NCBI GenBank assembly: GCA_963817955.1
Contig: CAWFQK010000004.1
Location: 960,001 to 1,024,000, forward strand
DNA: 64,000 nucleotides
DNA from: an uncultured Gemmatimonadaceae bacterium
Lineage (GTDB): Bacteria > Gemmatimonadota > Gemmatimonadetes > Gemmatimonadales > Gemmatimonadaceae
Direction of reading: 5' to 3'
Below are positions 9,002 through 19,019 of this stretch, piece after piece. The translations under genes were made by a program, and so were the position numbers. The notes under the pieces were generated by a model, which did not search any database, was not told the DNA's origin, and saw only the letters and a list, made by a program, of their open reading frames with translations. The first letter of the stretch is position 1. The number at the start of each line of letters is the position of its first letter.

Positions 9002-10474
9002 TTAACGCTTCTTGGCCACCGGTTTCTTGGCCGGCGCGCTCGGACGCGCGCCGACGGGTACTTCCACTGGGCGGTTGCCGCTCGCCTCACCATCCCCTGA
9101 CGGCGTTCCGTGCAGCAGAGCGAGTAAATCACGCTGCACATCGTCCGGCGTGACACCGAGCAATTTGGCGGCACGCCCTGCGTCGCCACCAGTGGAAGCG
9201 AACGTGTTGAGCACAAGCTGACGGCGCGCATCGGACATCGTGGCGCCCACCTGGATGGTGACCGACGACGGTGCATTGCCCGCGCCGCGGAGATGGCGTG
9301 GCATGATGTCGACGAGAGTGATCTTCTCGCCGCGTGCCATGATGACGGCCCGTTCCACCGCGTTCTTCAGCTCTCGCACATTTCCGGGCCAATGATACGA
9401 CAGGATCCAATCCCAGGCAGCCGTGTCGAAATCAGTGATCTGCTTTCCATTCTGGCTCGAGTACCGACTGAGAAACTCGGTCGCCAGCAGCTGCGCGTCC
9501 TGGGAGCGCTCACGCAGGGGCGGCAGATCGATCTGCACCACCGCCAAGCGATAGTACAGATCCTCGCGCAGCTCGCCCTCGGCAAGGGCCTTTTGCAGTT
9601 CCCTGTTCGTCGCGGCAACAATGCGGATGTCCACCGGAATTTCCTTCTTGCCGCCCAGCCGGCGCACCACGTGCGTCTCGAGCGCACGCAGCAGCTTCAC
9701 CTGAATGTCCGGCGACATCTCGGCCACTTCGTCGAGAAAGATCGTTCCGCCGCTCGCCATCTCGAAGGCGCCGGGTTTTTCGTTGATGGAACCCGTGAAC
9801 GCGCCCTTCTCGTGGCCGAACAGCTCATTCTCGAGGATTTCCTTCGGCAGCGCGGCGCAATTGAGGGCAAAGAACGGTCCCTTGGCGCGATCGCTCTTCG
9901 AATGTACGGCGCGCGCAACGAGTTCCTTGCCGGTACCCGATTCGCCCAGAATCAGCACGCTCGCCGTGGACGGCGCCACGGCGTCGATGATCTGATACAC
10001 CTCGCGCATCACGTCTGACTGGCCAGTGAGCTCGCCGTAGTGCGTGAGCCCCTCGAGCTTGGACGTCAGTTCGCGGTTCTTCTGCTGCACGTTGAACTTG
10101 TCGATCGCCTTGGGAATGAGGGCCTTGAGCCTGTTCAGCTTCTCGGCGTTGAGCGGCTTTTCGATGTAGTCATACGCGCCCTGCTGCATCGCCTGCACCG
10201 CGGAGTCCACGGTCGCCTGGCCGGTGATGATGATGCACTCCGTCGGAATCTTCTTCTGCTGCAACTCCCGCAGCAGCGTCAACCCGTCGATTTTCGGCAT
10301 CTTGAGATCGGCAAGCACGACGCCATAGCGGTCTTCGGTCAGCCGTTCCAGCGCCTTCTGGCCATCGGACACGACGTCGACACCGTAGCCTTCGTCGGAC
10401 AGGATCGCGCTCAAGCCGGCGGTGATCGCCTGCTCGTCGTCTGCGATGAGAACCTTCGCGTGTGCTGGCTTCAT
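9002..10474 (-). CDS. Sigma54-dependent response regulator (NtrC/AtoC family)
   Basis: Receiver domain (ADD, DLKMP), GESGTGKE, ELFGHEKGAFTGS, FLDE, WPGNVREL and a Fis-like HTH. Confidence 0.95.
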   Translation of the reverse strand: MKPAHAKVLIADDEQAITAGLSAILSDEGYGVDVVSDGQKALERLTEDRYGVVLADLKMPKIDGLTLLRELQQKKIPTECIIITGQATVDSAVQAMQQGAYDYIEKPLNAEKLNRLKALIPKAIDKFNVQQKNRELTSKLEGLTHYGELTGQSDVMREVYQIIDAVAPSTASVLILGESGTGKELVARAVHSKSDRAKGPFFALNCAALPKEILENELFGHEKGAFTGSINEKPGAFEMASGGTIFLDEVAEMSPDIQVKLLRALETHVVRRLGGKKEIPVDIRIVAATNRELQKALAEGELREDLYYRLAVVQIDLPPLRERSQDAQLLATEFLSRYSSQNGKQITDFDTAAWDWILSYHWPGNVRELKNAVERAVIMARGEKITLVDIMPRHLRGAGNAPSSVTIQVGATMSDARRQLVLNTFASTGGDAGRAAKLLGVTPDDVQRDLLALLHGTPSGDGEASGNRPVEVPVGARPSAPAKKPVAKKR

Positions 10475-10495
10475 GCGTTCATTGCCCGCCTTCGA

Positions 10496-11143
10496 CTAGC
10501 GAGGAAAACTGATGGATATGGCGGATGATTCCACGGTGATACGAATTTCCGCCTCGGCCGCGGCGACAACGACAGCGCCAACCACGGCTAGCGGCTTGCC
10601 GTCACAACTCTCAATGCGAAGCGCCGGAACCTCGGAGCTGTCCGCTGCCGTGCATCGAACGTGCGTCGAGCCTTCGATCCCGGCGAGCAGACTGCTTCCG
10701 ATCGCCAGGCGCACCGCATCGCCGTTCGCTGACGTGATGCCCAACCCGTCCAGGGTTCCGTCCATGTCGAGCTGCCGCCCGTCGGCGCGGGCCGCCGGTG
10801 CGAGCAACGCACCCATGTGTTTCAGCACAGGCGCAAGCTCCACCGGCGTACGCACCGTCCGCGCCAGCATGAGCAGCGCGTCACTCATCACGATGACGGC
10901 CCCCAGTTGATCCGCTGCCGCGTCCGCGTACTTGACAATCGCCGGCACCTGCGTTTCCGGTCGTTTCGCCCTCGATCGCACCACTTCCAGATTCACCGAC
11001 ACGCCATTCAGTGCACCCTTCAGCTCGTGCGCCGCATGCGCCGTGATGCGGTGCAGTACGTCCAGCCAGAGCGCGTCGATGACCGGCGTGCTCTGGCTGG
11101 TGCGTGACACGACCTGTACACCCATATTGCTCGAATCAGTCAC
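10496..11143 (-). CDS. Sensor-less, degenerate histidine kinase or phosphotransferase-like protein
   Basis: H-box-like AAHELKGALNGVSVNLE. No recognisable N/G1/G2 ATP-binding boxes. The start overlaps the fba stop. Confidence 0.6.
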   Translation of the reverse strand: MTDSSNMGVQVVSRTSQSTPVIDALWLDVLHRITAHAAHELKGALNGVSVNLEVVRSRAKRPETQVPAIVKYADAAADQLGAVIVMSDALLMLARTVRTPVELAPVLKHMGALLAPAARADGRQLDMDGTLDGLGITSANGDAVRLAIGSSLLAGIEGSTHVRCTAADSSEVPALRIESCDGKPLAVVGAVVVAAAEAEIRITVESSAISISFPR

Positions 11144-12542
11144 TCAGGTCCGCGTCGTCCGGCGCCGCGGCAACCGCGAGTGCCTGCGTCGGATCGGCCC
11201 GATGGATGGTGATCGGATGGACGAATGTCTTTACAACCTCCGCCGTGCCACCGATCGCCAGCTGATTGAACAGGAACGTAAACTTCTCATCGTACACCGC
11301 CGCGAGCGTCGCCTTTGCATCAGCAGGCATGTCCCACAGCTGCCGCTTGAACGGTCCGAGCGCCTTTTTACGCGTCTTGTAGAAGAACTGCTCGTCACTG
11401 TCGGTTGGCTTGCGCTCGTCCTTTGCGTTCGCCGACAGCCATTCGTAGATCGTCGCCCGAAGTGCCGGCGGCATGTGGTCGTACAGCATGTTCTGAAAGT
11501 TCGTCGCCAGGTGGATCTCGGCTGTTTCACGTTTTGGAAAATTGTGAAACGCCGTGTCTGGCAGCGTGGACGCACCGTGCTGCACGGCACCGGACATTCC
11601 ATACTCGTCGCGTGCCACCTTTGACAGGCGCTCGAGCGTATCGAGGTCGAGCTTCACGTCGGCAATCGAGCCATCGGCAAGCACCACGCCGCCGTGCGAC
11701 GTGCCCGACTGCACGCTGATCTTCGACAACCCGGCCATCCCATCCGGGAGATTCCGGTTGAAGCCGTCCATGAACGCCCGCAACTCCTCTTCCGTGCTGT
11801 TCGCCGTGCCGACCTCTCCGATCTCCCCGCCAACCGAGATGGTGACGCCGTTCGGTTCCAGCGCGCGCACGGTCTTCAGGATGTCGACACCGACGTCATA
11901 GTTCAGCTTCTGCTGCTCATCGAGCAACGGCTTTGATATGTCGACGAGGGTCGACGTATCAATGTCGATGTTGTAGAACCCCGCAGCGATCGCTTCGCGC
12001 GCCAGCGACTTCACCGCATCCACTTCCGTCAGCCGATCGGCGGCAAACTTCTTGTGGTTCACCTGGAAGTGGTCGCCCTGAATGAACACCGGGCCGCGGA
12101 AGCCCTCGCGCAGTGCCGCCGCGAGCAGCACCGCCACGTATTCCGATGGCCGTTGGTCGGTGTACGCAATCTCCGACCGCGCAATCTCGAGCAGGAACGC
12201 GCCCGCCTTCAACTTGATCGCCGTCCGAAAAATGGAACGCGCGGTATCGTACGCCATGCCCCGGACGTTGATCGCCGGCACGGTGAACCCGTGTATCTCA
12301 CCACGGCCCCGCGCCATATAGAGATCCTGGATGGACGCTGGCCGCACACCGACGGCCTGTCCCAGCTCCCAGATCATCCAGCGGGCGTGATCCTTCTCGT
12401 CGCTGCCACCGAACACCGCAGCGCGCACAAGGTGATCCATTGCCGGCGACGCCAGCGCCGCGTTCTTCAACACCGTGACAAGTCCATCCTGCACGGTGAC
12501 GTCAGGGCCAAAGAGGCTATTGAGTGATTCGATGGTGTCCAT
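11136..12542 (-). CDS. fba: Class II fructose-bisphosphate aldolase-like protein
   Basis: Motifs TVPAINVR, QGDH, GGEIGEVG, GTSHGG and VQHGAS (metal ligands). Confidence 0.85.
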   Translation of the reverse strand: MDTIESLNSLFGPDVTVQDGLVTVLKNAALASPAMDHLVRAAVFGGSDEKDHARWMIWELGQAVGVRPASIQDLYMARGRGEIHGFTVPAINVRGMAYDTARSIFRTAIKLKAGAFLLEIARSEIAYTDQRPSEYVAVLLAAALREGFRGPVFIQGDHFQVNHKKFAADRLTEVDAVKSLAREAIAAGFYNIDIDTSTLVDISKPLLDEQQKLNYDVGVDILKTVRALEPNGVTISVGGEIGEVGTANSTEEELRAFMDGFNRNLPDGMAGLSKISVQSGTSHGGVVLADGSIADVKLDLDTLERLSKVARDEYGMSGAVQHGASTLPDTAFHNFPKRETAEIHLATNFQNMLYDHMPPALRATIYEWLSANAKDERKPTDSDEQFFYKTRKKALGPFKRQLWDMPADAKATLAAVYDEKFTFLFNQLAIGGTAEVVKTFVHPITIHRADPTQALAVAAAPDDADLSD

Positions 12543-12665
12543 TGGATAGCACGGTTATGAACAGGAAACGGTCATTCATGATGACTTCGGCAAATTAAGC
12601 CGAGCCAACAACAACCGGGGGTAGCCTGGTGAAGCTGCCCACGGAACGCGTCACCGGCAAGTCCG

Positions 12666-14051
12666 TTAAACGCTGTACCGCGTGTCAGGCTTCGGAAGCA
12701 GGTTCCATTCCTGTCGGGCCTGCTCCGCATCTGCCCGCCCGAGCATGGCGTAGGTAAACTGTTTTCCCAGTTCCACTCCAGGCTGATCGAGCGAATTCAC
12801 ACCATAGAGCTCGCCAGCGTAGATCGTCGCGATCTCCAGCAGCATGAACAGGCTCCCGAGCATGTGCGCATCCACCCGATCGACATGGATCGCCATGTTC
12901 GGCCGGCCACGGCGAGCCAGGGCGCCCGCCGTCGCCCGCTGCTCGATCGACAGGAGCTCACCGAGACTGTGTCCGCCAAGGTAGCCGAGCTCTTTCACGT
13001 CCGCGTGCATTTTTGGTATCGTCACGTCCTTCCCGCCTTCTCCTACCACGATGAAGGTCACCGTCTTGTCCGGCGGTCCCTCCATGAACAGCTGCACCTT
13101 GCTATGCTGGTCGGTCGCGCCAAGCGCGCCCATCGGTGTCGGCCCAACCCCGGGGTCGCCCTTTGTGCGATGCTTGCCTAGGCTCTCCGCCCACAACTGC
13201 ACGAACCAGTCGGCGACGTCGCGAAGCGGATCCGCATACGGCATGAGGACGTGGATGTGCCGCCCGAGCGTCGTATGAGCGAGGTACTGCAACGTGGCGA
13301 AAATCGCCGCCGGGTTCTTCGCCAACTGGTCGCTCGCGCAACGCTCGGCCATGTGCTGCGCGCCCGCCAAGAGCTGCATCGTGTCGATGCCCACAAGGGC
13401 AGCCGGCAGCATGCCCACCGGTGTGAGCACGCTGTAACGCCCGCCGACCATCGGCGGAATGTCGAGCGCCGGAATCCGCTCGGCGTTCGCAATCTCGCGA
13501 AGCGCGCCCTTCTCCGGATCGGTAACGAACACGAGATGTACCGTCGGATTGGCGACCTGCTGCGTGAGACGCTCGCGCACGACGAGGTACTGCGCCATCG
13601 TCTCCGCGGTGCCGCCCGACTTCGAGATGACCACGAACAGCGTACGCTCGAGCGACAAGCGCTCGAGCAGGGCGGAAATCGTGGAGGGATCGACGTTATC
13701 GAGTACGTGCAGCCGCGGCTGGCCAGCCCGCTCTTCGCTCGACAACGCGTTCCACGCCGGCTTGAGCAGCGCGGTGCGCAGCGCAATCGGGCCGAGTGCC
13801 GACCCGCCGATGCCGAGCACCACCACGTCGTCGAACCGGCCACGCGCTCTCGCGGCGAAATCGGTGGTCTGGCGATGCAACGCCGCGTCTGTGGGTAGCC
13901 CCAGGAAGCCGAGCTCTCCGGCGGCACGGCGCGCGGCGAATCCGGCGGAGGCGCCACCAAACAGTTGAGGAGCCTTCGCCCAATCGCCCGGCGCAATGCC
14001 GCCGTCGATGACGTCGCCCATCATGTTGGTGTAGTCGATGTGTAGCGTCAT
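12666..14051 (-). CDS. pgi: Glucose-6-phosphate isomerase
   Basis: Motifs GIGGSALG, SKSGGTAET, GGRYSV, QLWAESLGK and DQPGVELGK. Confidence 0.95.
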   Translation of the reverse strand: MTLHIDYTNMMGDVIDGGIAPGDWAKAPQLFGGASAGFAARRAAGELGFLGLPTDAALHRQTTDFAARARGRFDDVVVLGIGGSALGPIALRTALLKPAWNALSSEERAGQPRLHVLDNVDPSTISALLERLSLERTLFVVISKSGGTAETMAQYLVVRERLTQQVANPTVHLVFVTDPEKGALREIANAERIPALDIPPMVGGRYSVLTPVGMLPAALVGIDTMQLLAGAQHMAERCASDQLAKNPAAIFATLQYLAHTTLGRHIHVLMPYADPLRDVADWFVQLWAESLGKHRTKGDPGVGPTPMGALGATDQHSKVQLFMEGPPDKTVTFIVVGEGGKDVTIPKMHADVKELGYLGGHSLGELLSIEQRATAGALARRGRPNMAIHVDRVDAHMLGSLFMLLEIATIYAGELYGVNSLDQPGVELGKQFTYAMLGRADAEQARQEWNLLPKPDTRYSV

Positions 14052-14052
14052 C

Positions 14053-14835
14053 TCAGTCGTCGATGCGAACGGTGAGTTCATCGAATGCCGGAACGATCCC
14101 TCGCGGCAGCTCTGCCTCGAGATCGGCGTGTGGGGTGTTGTGGGTCAAGTGCGTCAGGTACGTGCGCTCGGCGCCGATCTCGCGCGCCGCGGCCACCGCT
14201 TCGGAAATACTGAAATGCGTCGGATGTGCAGTCCGGAACAGCGCGTTGATCACTAGCACACTGGCACCGCGCAGCACGTCCACCGCTTGCGGCGGCAGCG
14301 ACTTGGCGTCGGTGACGTACGCCAGCGGGCCGATTCGATATGCAAAGACCGTGACAGGGCCGTGCGGAACGCGCACGGCCGTCACGTCCAGATCTCCGAT
14401 CGTCAGGCACTGCCCCGCCGAGATGACGTGTAGCCGTCCCTCAGGCTTCGAGGTGCCCGGCAGTGGGCGGATGGCATCGTCGAAGATGTATCGGAATTTC
14501 GTCTCGAGATTCGCGATGGTCTCCGCAGGGCCGTAGACGGGCAGCGGCACGGTACGGCGCACCGTAATCGCCCGCAGATCGTCAATGCCGTGCGTATGAT
14601 CTGCATGGTCGTGGGTGAACAGCACCGCGTCCAACCGGTCGATGCCTGCCGCGAGGAGTTGCAGGCGGAGCTCGGGCGGTGTGTCGATCAGAAGACGAGT
14701 TCCGCCGCTGCTCTCCACCACCGCGCCAACGCGGGTACGCTTGTCACGTGGATCGGGCGAACGGCACACGGCACACGGGCAGCCGATCTGGGGAACGCCA
14801 AAGCTCGTGCCCGTGCCGAGGAACGTGAGCTTCAC
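14053..14835 (-). CDS. MBL-fold metallo-hydrolase (PhnP/YycJ-like phosphodiesterase)
   Basis: Motifs FLGTGTSFGVPQIGCPCAVC, THDHADHTHGIDD and THLTH. Confidence 0.9.
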   Translation of the reverse strand: MKLTFLGTGTSFGVPQIGCPCAVCRSPDPRDKRTRVGAVVESSGGTRLLIDTPPELRLQLLAAGIDRLDAVLFTHDHADHTHGIDDLRAITVRRTVPLPVYGPAETIANLETKFRYIFDDAIRPLPGTSKPEGRLHVISAGQCLTIGDLDVTAVRVPHGPVTVFAYRIGPLAYVTDAKSLPPQAVDVLRGASVLVINALFRTAHPTHFSISEAVAAAREIGAERTYLTHLTHNTPHADLEAELPRGIVPAFDELTVRIDD

Positions 14836-16235
14836 ACCGTCTCTACCTTGAGCAGATTCGTGGTCCCTGGAGTATCGAACGGCACTCCGGCCGTGAAGAC
14901 GATGCGATCGCCCGCGCGCCCGAGCTCGCGCCGCTGTATCGCCTGCAGCCCCACGCGCGCCATCTGCTCATAGGTACTGCAATGCGGCACGAGTTCCGGC
15001 ACGACCCCCCACACGAGGGCAAGCTGACGGAAGGTGAGCGGACTGTCAGTGAGCGCCAGCACCGGCACGCCAGGCCGCTGCGAGGCAATGACGCGGGCGC
15101 TGAACCCACTCTTGGTGATCACGACGAGCGCCGGCGCATTCAGCATGTTCACGGCGGCAGCGCTGGCCGCGGCGATGGCGAATTCCGTGGACATCGCGGC
15201 GTCCGCGGTGCGGCGCTCATCGCGCCGCCAGGTCTGCGGCTTGCTCTCGATTTCAGCAATGATGCGGGTCATTGCCTCCACGGCTAGTCGCGGATACTGC
15301 CCGGCAGCGGTTTCGGCGGACAACATGACCGCATCGGTGCCGTCGAGAATCGCATTCGCCACATCGCTCGCCTCGGCGCGCGTCGGCCGCGGATGCGTCA
15401 CCATCGATTCGAGCATCTGCGTGGCGGTGATCACGGGCCGCCCGAGCCGGTTGCACAACGCAATGATTCGCTTCTGCGCGTACGGCACTTCCTCGAACGG
15501 CAGCTCCACACCCAGATCTCCGCGGGCCACCATCACGACGTCCGATGCCTGCACGATCGTCTCAATGTTCTCTAATGCCGAGTCCTTTTCGATCTTGGCC
15601 ACGACGAGCATGGACTTGGGAATCATCGTCCGCAGCTCACCGATATCCTGCGCGCGCCGTACAAAGCTCAGCGCCAGGTACTCCAGCTCCTGCGCCACCG
15701 CGAATGCCACATCCTCGCGATCCTTGTCCGTGATCGATGGCGCCGAAACCTGCACGCCCGGCAGGTTGATGCCCTTGTGGCTCGAGAGCGTGCCGCCGTG
15801 AAGCACGCGCGCCGTGACGCGCGCCGTGGCCACATCGAGCACGACCAATTCGAGCAACCCATCGTTGACGAGAACGCGATCGCCAACGTGAACGTCTTCC
15901 GCCAGAGCCTGATAGGTGACCGGAATCTCACCGCCGCGCTCGCGCCCTTCGGGAACAAAGACCACGTCGCTGCCGTCGACCAGATCGCGCGGCGCCGGCA
16001 ATTGGCCGATCCGGATGCGCGGTCCCTGCAGGTCACCGAGAATCGCGACAGGTTTGCCGAGTTCCTGCGCGACCTCGCGCACGAGCGCGATCGTGGCCGC
16101 GTGCTGCTGGTACGTGCCGTGGGAGAAATTGATGCGAGCGACATCGAGGCCCGCTTCCATCAGGCCCCGCAGCGCGTCGCGAGACGAGCTCGCGGGACCC
16201 AGCGTGCAGACGATCTTCGTTCGACAGTAATGCAA
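14832..16235 (-). CDS. pyk: Pyruvate kinase
   Basis: Motifs RTKIVCTLGP, ARINFSHG, DLQGP, MVARGDLGVE and TRAEASDVANA. The real start is near the TTG at 16235, not 16634. Confidence 0.95.
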   Translation of the reverse strand: MHYCRTKIVCTLGPASSSRDALRGLMEAGLDVARINFSHGTYQQHAATIALVREVAQELGKPVAILGDLQGPRIRIGQLPAPRDLVDGSDVVFVPEGRERGGEIPVTYQALAEDVHVGDRVLVNDGLLELVVLDVATARVTARVLHGGTLSSHKGINLPGVQVSAPSITDKDREDVAFAVAQELEYLALSFVRRAQDIGELRTMIPKSMLVVAKIEKDSALENIETIVQASDVVMVARGDLGVELPFEEVPYAQKRIIALCNRLGRPVITATQMLESMVTHPRPTRAEASDVANAILDGTDAVMLSAETAAGQYPRLAVEAMTRIIAEIESKPQTWRRDERRTADAAMSTEFAIAAASAAAVNMLNAPALVVITKSGFSARVIASQRPGVPVLALTDSPLTFRQLALVWGVVPELVPHCSTYEQMARVGLQAIQRRELGRAGDRIVFTAGVPFDTPGTTNLLKVETV

Positions 16236-16258
16236 CGTCGTCGGTGTGTAGGTAAGGT

Positions 16259-17404
16259 CTAGTGGCTTTCCACCAGCTCCTTGCCGAGCGCCTTCGTCTT
16301 CTTTTGCAGGCCGGCGATGAGCGTCTCGAACGACTTCTGGAAGCTCGCCAAGCCATCGGTGAGCAACTTGTCGGTCACGTCGCGCATCGAGATGCCATGC
16401 TGTTCCAGGCTGTCGATCTCGGCCCGGGCCCGGTCGAGGTTGGCGTCCACCGTGCGTTCGACGACACCGTGATCGCGGAATGCCTCGATCGTCTGCGGCG
16501 GCATGGTGTTCACCGTGTCGGGACCGATGAGCTGTTCCACGTACATGACGTCGCGGTACGCCGGATTCTTGGTGCTGGTACTCGCCCAGAGCGGCCGCTG
16601 GACCGTGGCGCCGCGCGAGGCCAGCCCCTGCCATCGCGGGGTGGCCGTCTCTGTCTGAAACAACTGGTAGGCGAGCTTGGCGTTGGCGATCGCTGCTTTG
16701 CCCTCGAGGGCCTTGAGCGTTGTCGCCTTGCTCGGATTGGCCGCCGCCGCGCTCTCCAGCCGCTTGTCGGTTTCGCTGTCCACGCGGCTCACGAAGAAAC
16801 TGGCGACCGAGTGGATCGACGAGATCTCTTTTCCCGCCGCAATGCGATCCTCCAAACCCGACATGTATGCGTCGATCACGCGACGATGCGCGTCGATCGA
16901 GAACAGGAGCGTGATGTTCACGTTCACGCCGTTGGCCGTGAGCTGGCGCACCGCCTTCGCGCCCTCGACCGTGCCCGGCACCTTGACCATGACATTTGGC
17001 CGATCAACGCTGGCCCATAGACGCGATGCTTCAGACACAGTCGCCTGCGCATCATGCGCCGCACCGGGCGATACTTCGATCGACACGAATCCGTCAGCCC
17101 CCTTTGTCCGATCGTAGACCGGCCGGAAGGCATCGCACGCGTCGCGCACGTCAGTCGTCGCGATGAGCTCGAACAGTTCCAAGGCCGTGAACTCGCCATC
17201 TGCTGTCCGGATCTGATCGTCGTACGCACTGCCCTCGGCGAGCGCCTTCTCGAAGATCGTCGGGTTCGACGTCATCCCCGTCAACGCGTCGTCGCGAATG
17301 CGCCGCTGGAGATCGCCGTTGCGCAGCATGGTACGGTCGATATAGTCGAGCCAGATCGACTGACCGGCCTCGTTCAAGCGCTGCAGGGAATTCGTGCTCA
17401 TCAT
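16259..17404 (-). CDS. tal: Transaldolase
   Basis: Motifs GQSIWLD, GMTSNPTIF, VSIEVSP, NVNITLLFS, SFFVSRVD and QRPLWASTSTK. Confidence 0.95.
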   Translation of the reverse strand: MMSTNSLQRLNEAGQSIWLDYIDRTMLRNGDLQRRIRDDALTGMTSNPTIFEKALAEGSAYDDQIRTADGEFTALELFELIATTDVRDACDAFRPVYDRTKGADGFVSIEVSPGAAHDAQATVSEASRLWASVDRPNVMVKVPGTVEGAKAVRQLTANGVNVNITLLFSIDAHRRVIDAYMSGLEDRIAAGKEISSIHSVASFFVSRVDSETDKRLESAAAANPSKATTLKALEGKAAIANAKLAYQLFQTETATPRWQGLASRGATVQRPLWASTSTKNPAYRDVMYVEQLIGPDTVNTMPPQTIEAFRDHGVVERTVDANLDRARAEIDSLEQHGISMRDVTDKLLTDGLASFQKSFETLIAGLQKKTKALGKELVESH

Positions 17405-17514
17405 GATGCTCGTTGCGATCGAAGGGTTACCTGGGAACCTAGTTGGGCGACTTGCCGGTGTGAACGATCTTGTAGATGCGTCCGCCTGGTCAACGTTCCC
17501 GCGTGCATGCGGGC

Positions 17515-18900
17515 TCAGCGCGGCAGCATCTGATCGAGATTCGCAAGGCCGTAAGCCATCACGGCCATCGTCGCCACGCATCGCGCGAAATCGGCGCGGT
17601 CGATCACCGTCATCATGTCGCCCCATGAATGGTGATACCAGAAATAACGCGAATCGTCCACGTCCAGGGCCAAACCGGGAACGCCGCGCTGCAGAATGGG
17701 ACCGACGTCTGCTTCTCCGTCGCCCCGCTCCATCCTCGCTGCGCCGATCGGCGCGAGGAGCGCGGCGACATCCTTCGCCATCGCAAGTCCAGCATCCGAC
17801 CCCTGAAAGCGGAATCCGTTCGGACGAAAGACGCCGTTGTCGCACTCCATGGCGACGCTGTGCTTCGTCAGCTCACCGGCGTGGGCATCGCGGTAGCCTC
17901 GTCCGCCACGGCCACCGTTTTCCTCGTTTGTCCAGAGCACGACGCGCACGGTACGTTTTGGCCTGAGGCCCAATCGCTGCATGAGACGAACCGCTTCCCA
18001 CGCGGCGACACTGCAGCCGGCATCGTCCATCGCTCCCTCCCCCACGTCCCACGAATCCATGTGGCCGCCCAGCACCACGATCTCGTCGGGCTTCTCGCTG
18101 CCGCGCAACTCGGCAACGACATTACGCGACGGCGCATCGGGCAGCGTCTGCGCATTCATGTGCAGCGTGACGACGACCTTCTCGCCACGACTCTGCATCC
18201 GATGCAGCATCTCTGCATCTTCAATGCTCAGGGCGGCCACTGGGATCCTCGCGACCGCTGTGTCGTATCGGGTAGACCCGGTGTGTGGACTCTGGATGGA
18301 GAACGATTCGATCGAGCGAATGAGCGCGGCGACGGCCCCAACCTTCGCCGCGGCTGACGGAGCGCCGCCACGATATGCTACGGCCTCCTCATAGCCGGCC
18401 ATTGGCGCCACTCCCGTTGGGAACGGATGGTCAAAGAGGACGATCTTGCCCTTTGCTTCTGCCGCGCGGCGCGTCAGCTCGTCAAAGCTGCCCACAACGA
18501 GCACCGGTGCCGTGATGCCAACCGCCGGAGTGCCAACGCTCATGCCAAGGCCGAGCATGTGCAGGGGAGTCGGTCGTGGCGTCACGAGCGTCGCGGACTC
18601 GTCGCCGCGTACCCAGTGTGGCACCATCACCGACTCGCCTCGGACGTTGGCCAGCCCGTCGGCCCGCATCTGTGCGATCACCCAATCGATTGCCTGCTCG
18701 AGCGCGGCCGAGCCGCTGAGCCGGTGCCCGAACCGATCGGTCATCGTCGCCAGGCGAGAGTAGCCAGTCGTATCGTGGAGCGCTGCCTCGATCAGACGGC
18801 CGGCATCCTGTCGGGTGGTTTGTGCGGACGACGCCGTCGATGCGGTCAACACAGCGAGCGTTGCGACGAGGAGGGAGGAACGGAGCGAGACCACAGTCAT
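17515..18900 (-). CDS. Secreted M28-family carboxypeptidase (CPQ-like, PA domain)
   Basis: Signal peptide; motifs FGHRLSGS, GGHMDSWD, GAMDD, NEENG and HHSWGD. Confidence 0.9.
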   Translation of the reverse strand: MTVVSLRSSLLVATLAVLTASTASSAQTTRQDAGRLIEAALHDTTGYSRLATMTDRFGHRLSGSAALEQAIDWVIAQMRADGLANVRGESVMVPHWVRGDESATLVTPRPTPLHMLGLGMSVGTPAVGITAPVLVVGSFDELTRRAAEAKGKIVLFDHPFPTGVAPMAGYEEAVAYRGGAPSAAAKVGAVAALIRSIESFSIQSPHTGSTRYDTAVARIPVAALSIEDAEMLHRMQSRGEKVVVTLHMNAQTLPDAPSRNVVAELRGSEKPDEIVVLGGHMDSWDVGEGAMDDAGCSVAAWEAVRLMQRLGLRPKRTVRVVLWTNEENGGRGGRGYRDAHAGELTKHSVAMECDNGVFRPNGFRFQGSDAGLAMAKDVAALLAPIGAARMERGDGEADVGPILQRGVPGLALDVDDSRYFWYHHSWGDMMTVIDRADFARCVATMAVMAYGLANLDQMLPR

Positions 18901-19019
18901 GGCGTGCCTGTGAGAGGTTCGAGAAAAATATACGATGCCATTCGGCTCCAACCATCGCCATTGATCAGCTGTCACATGAAATGAACGCACCACCGTCCAT
19001 CACCAACCGGGAACCATTC

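Noticed and set aside
14832..17845. Long N-terminal extensions of pyk (600 aa) and tal (528 aa) in the ORF track
   Set aside because: The extensions overlap upstream genes and read as off-frame sequence. Family motifs begin near 16235 and 17404.
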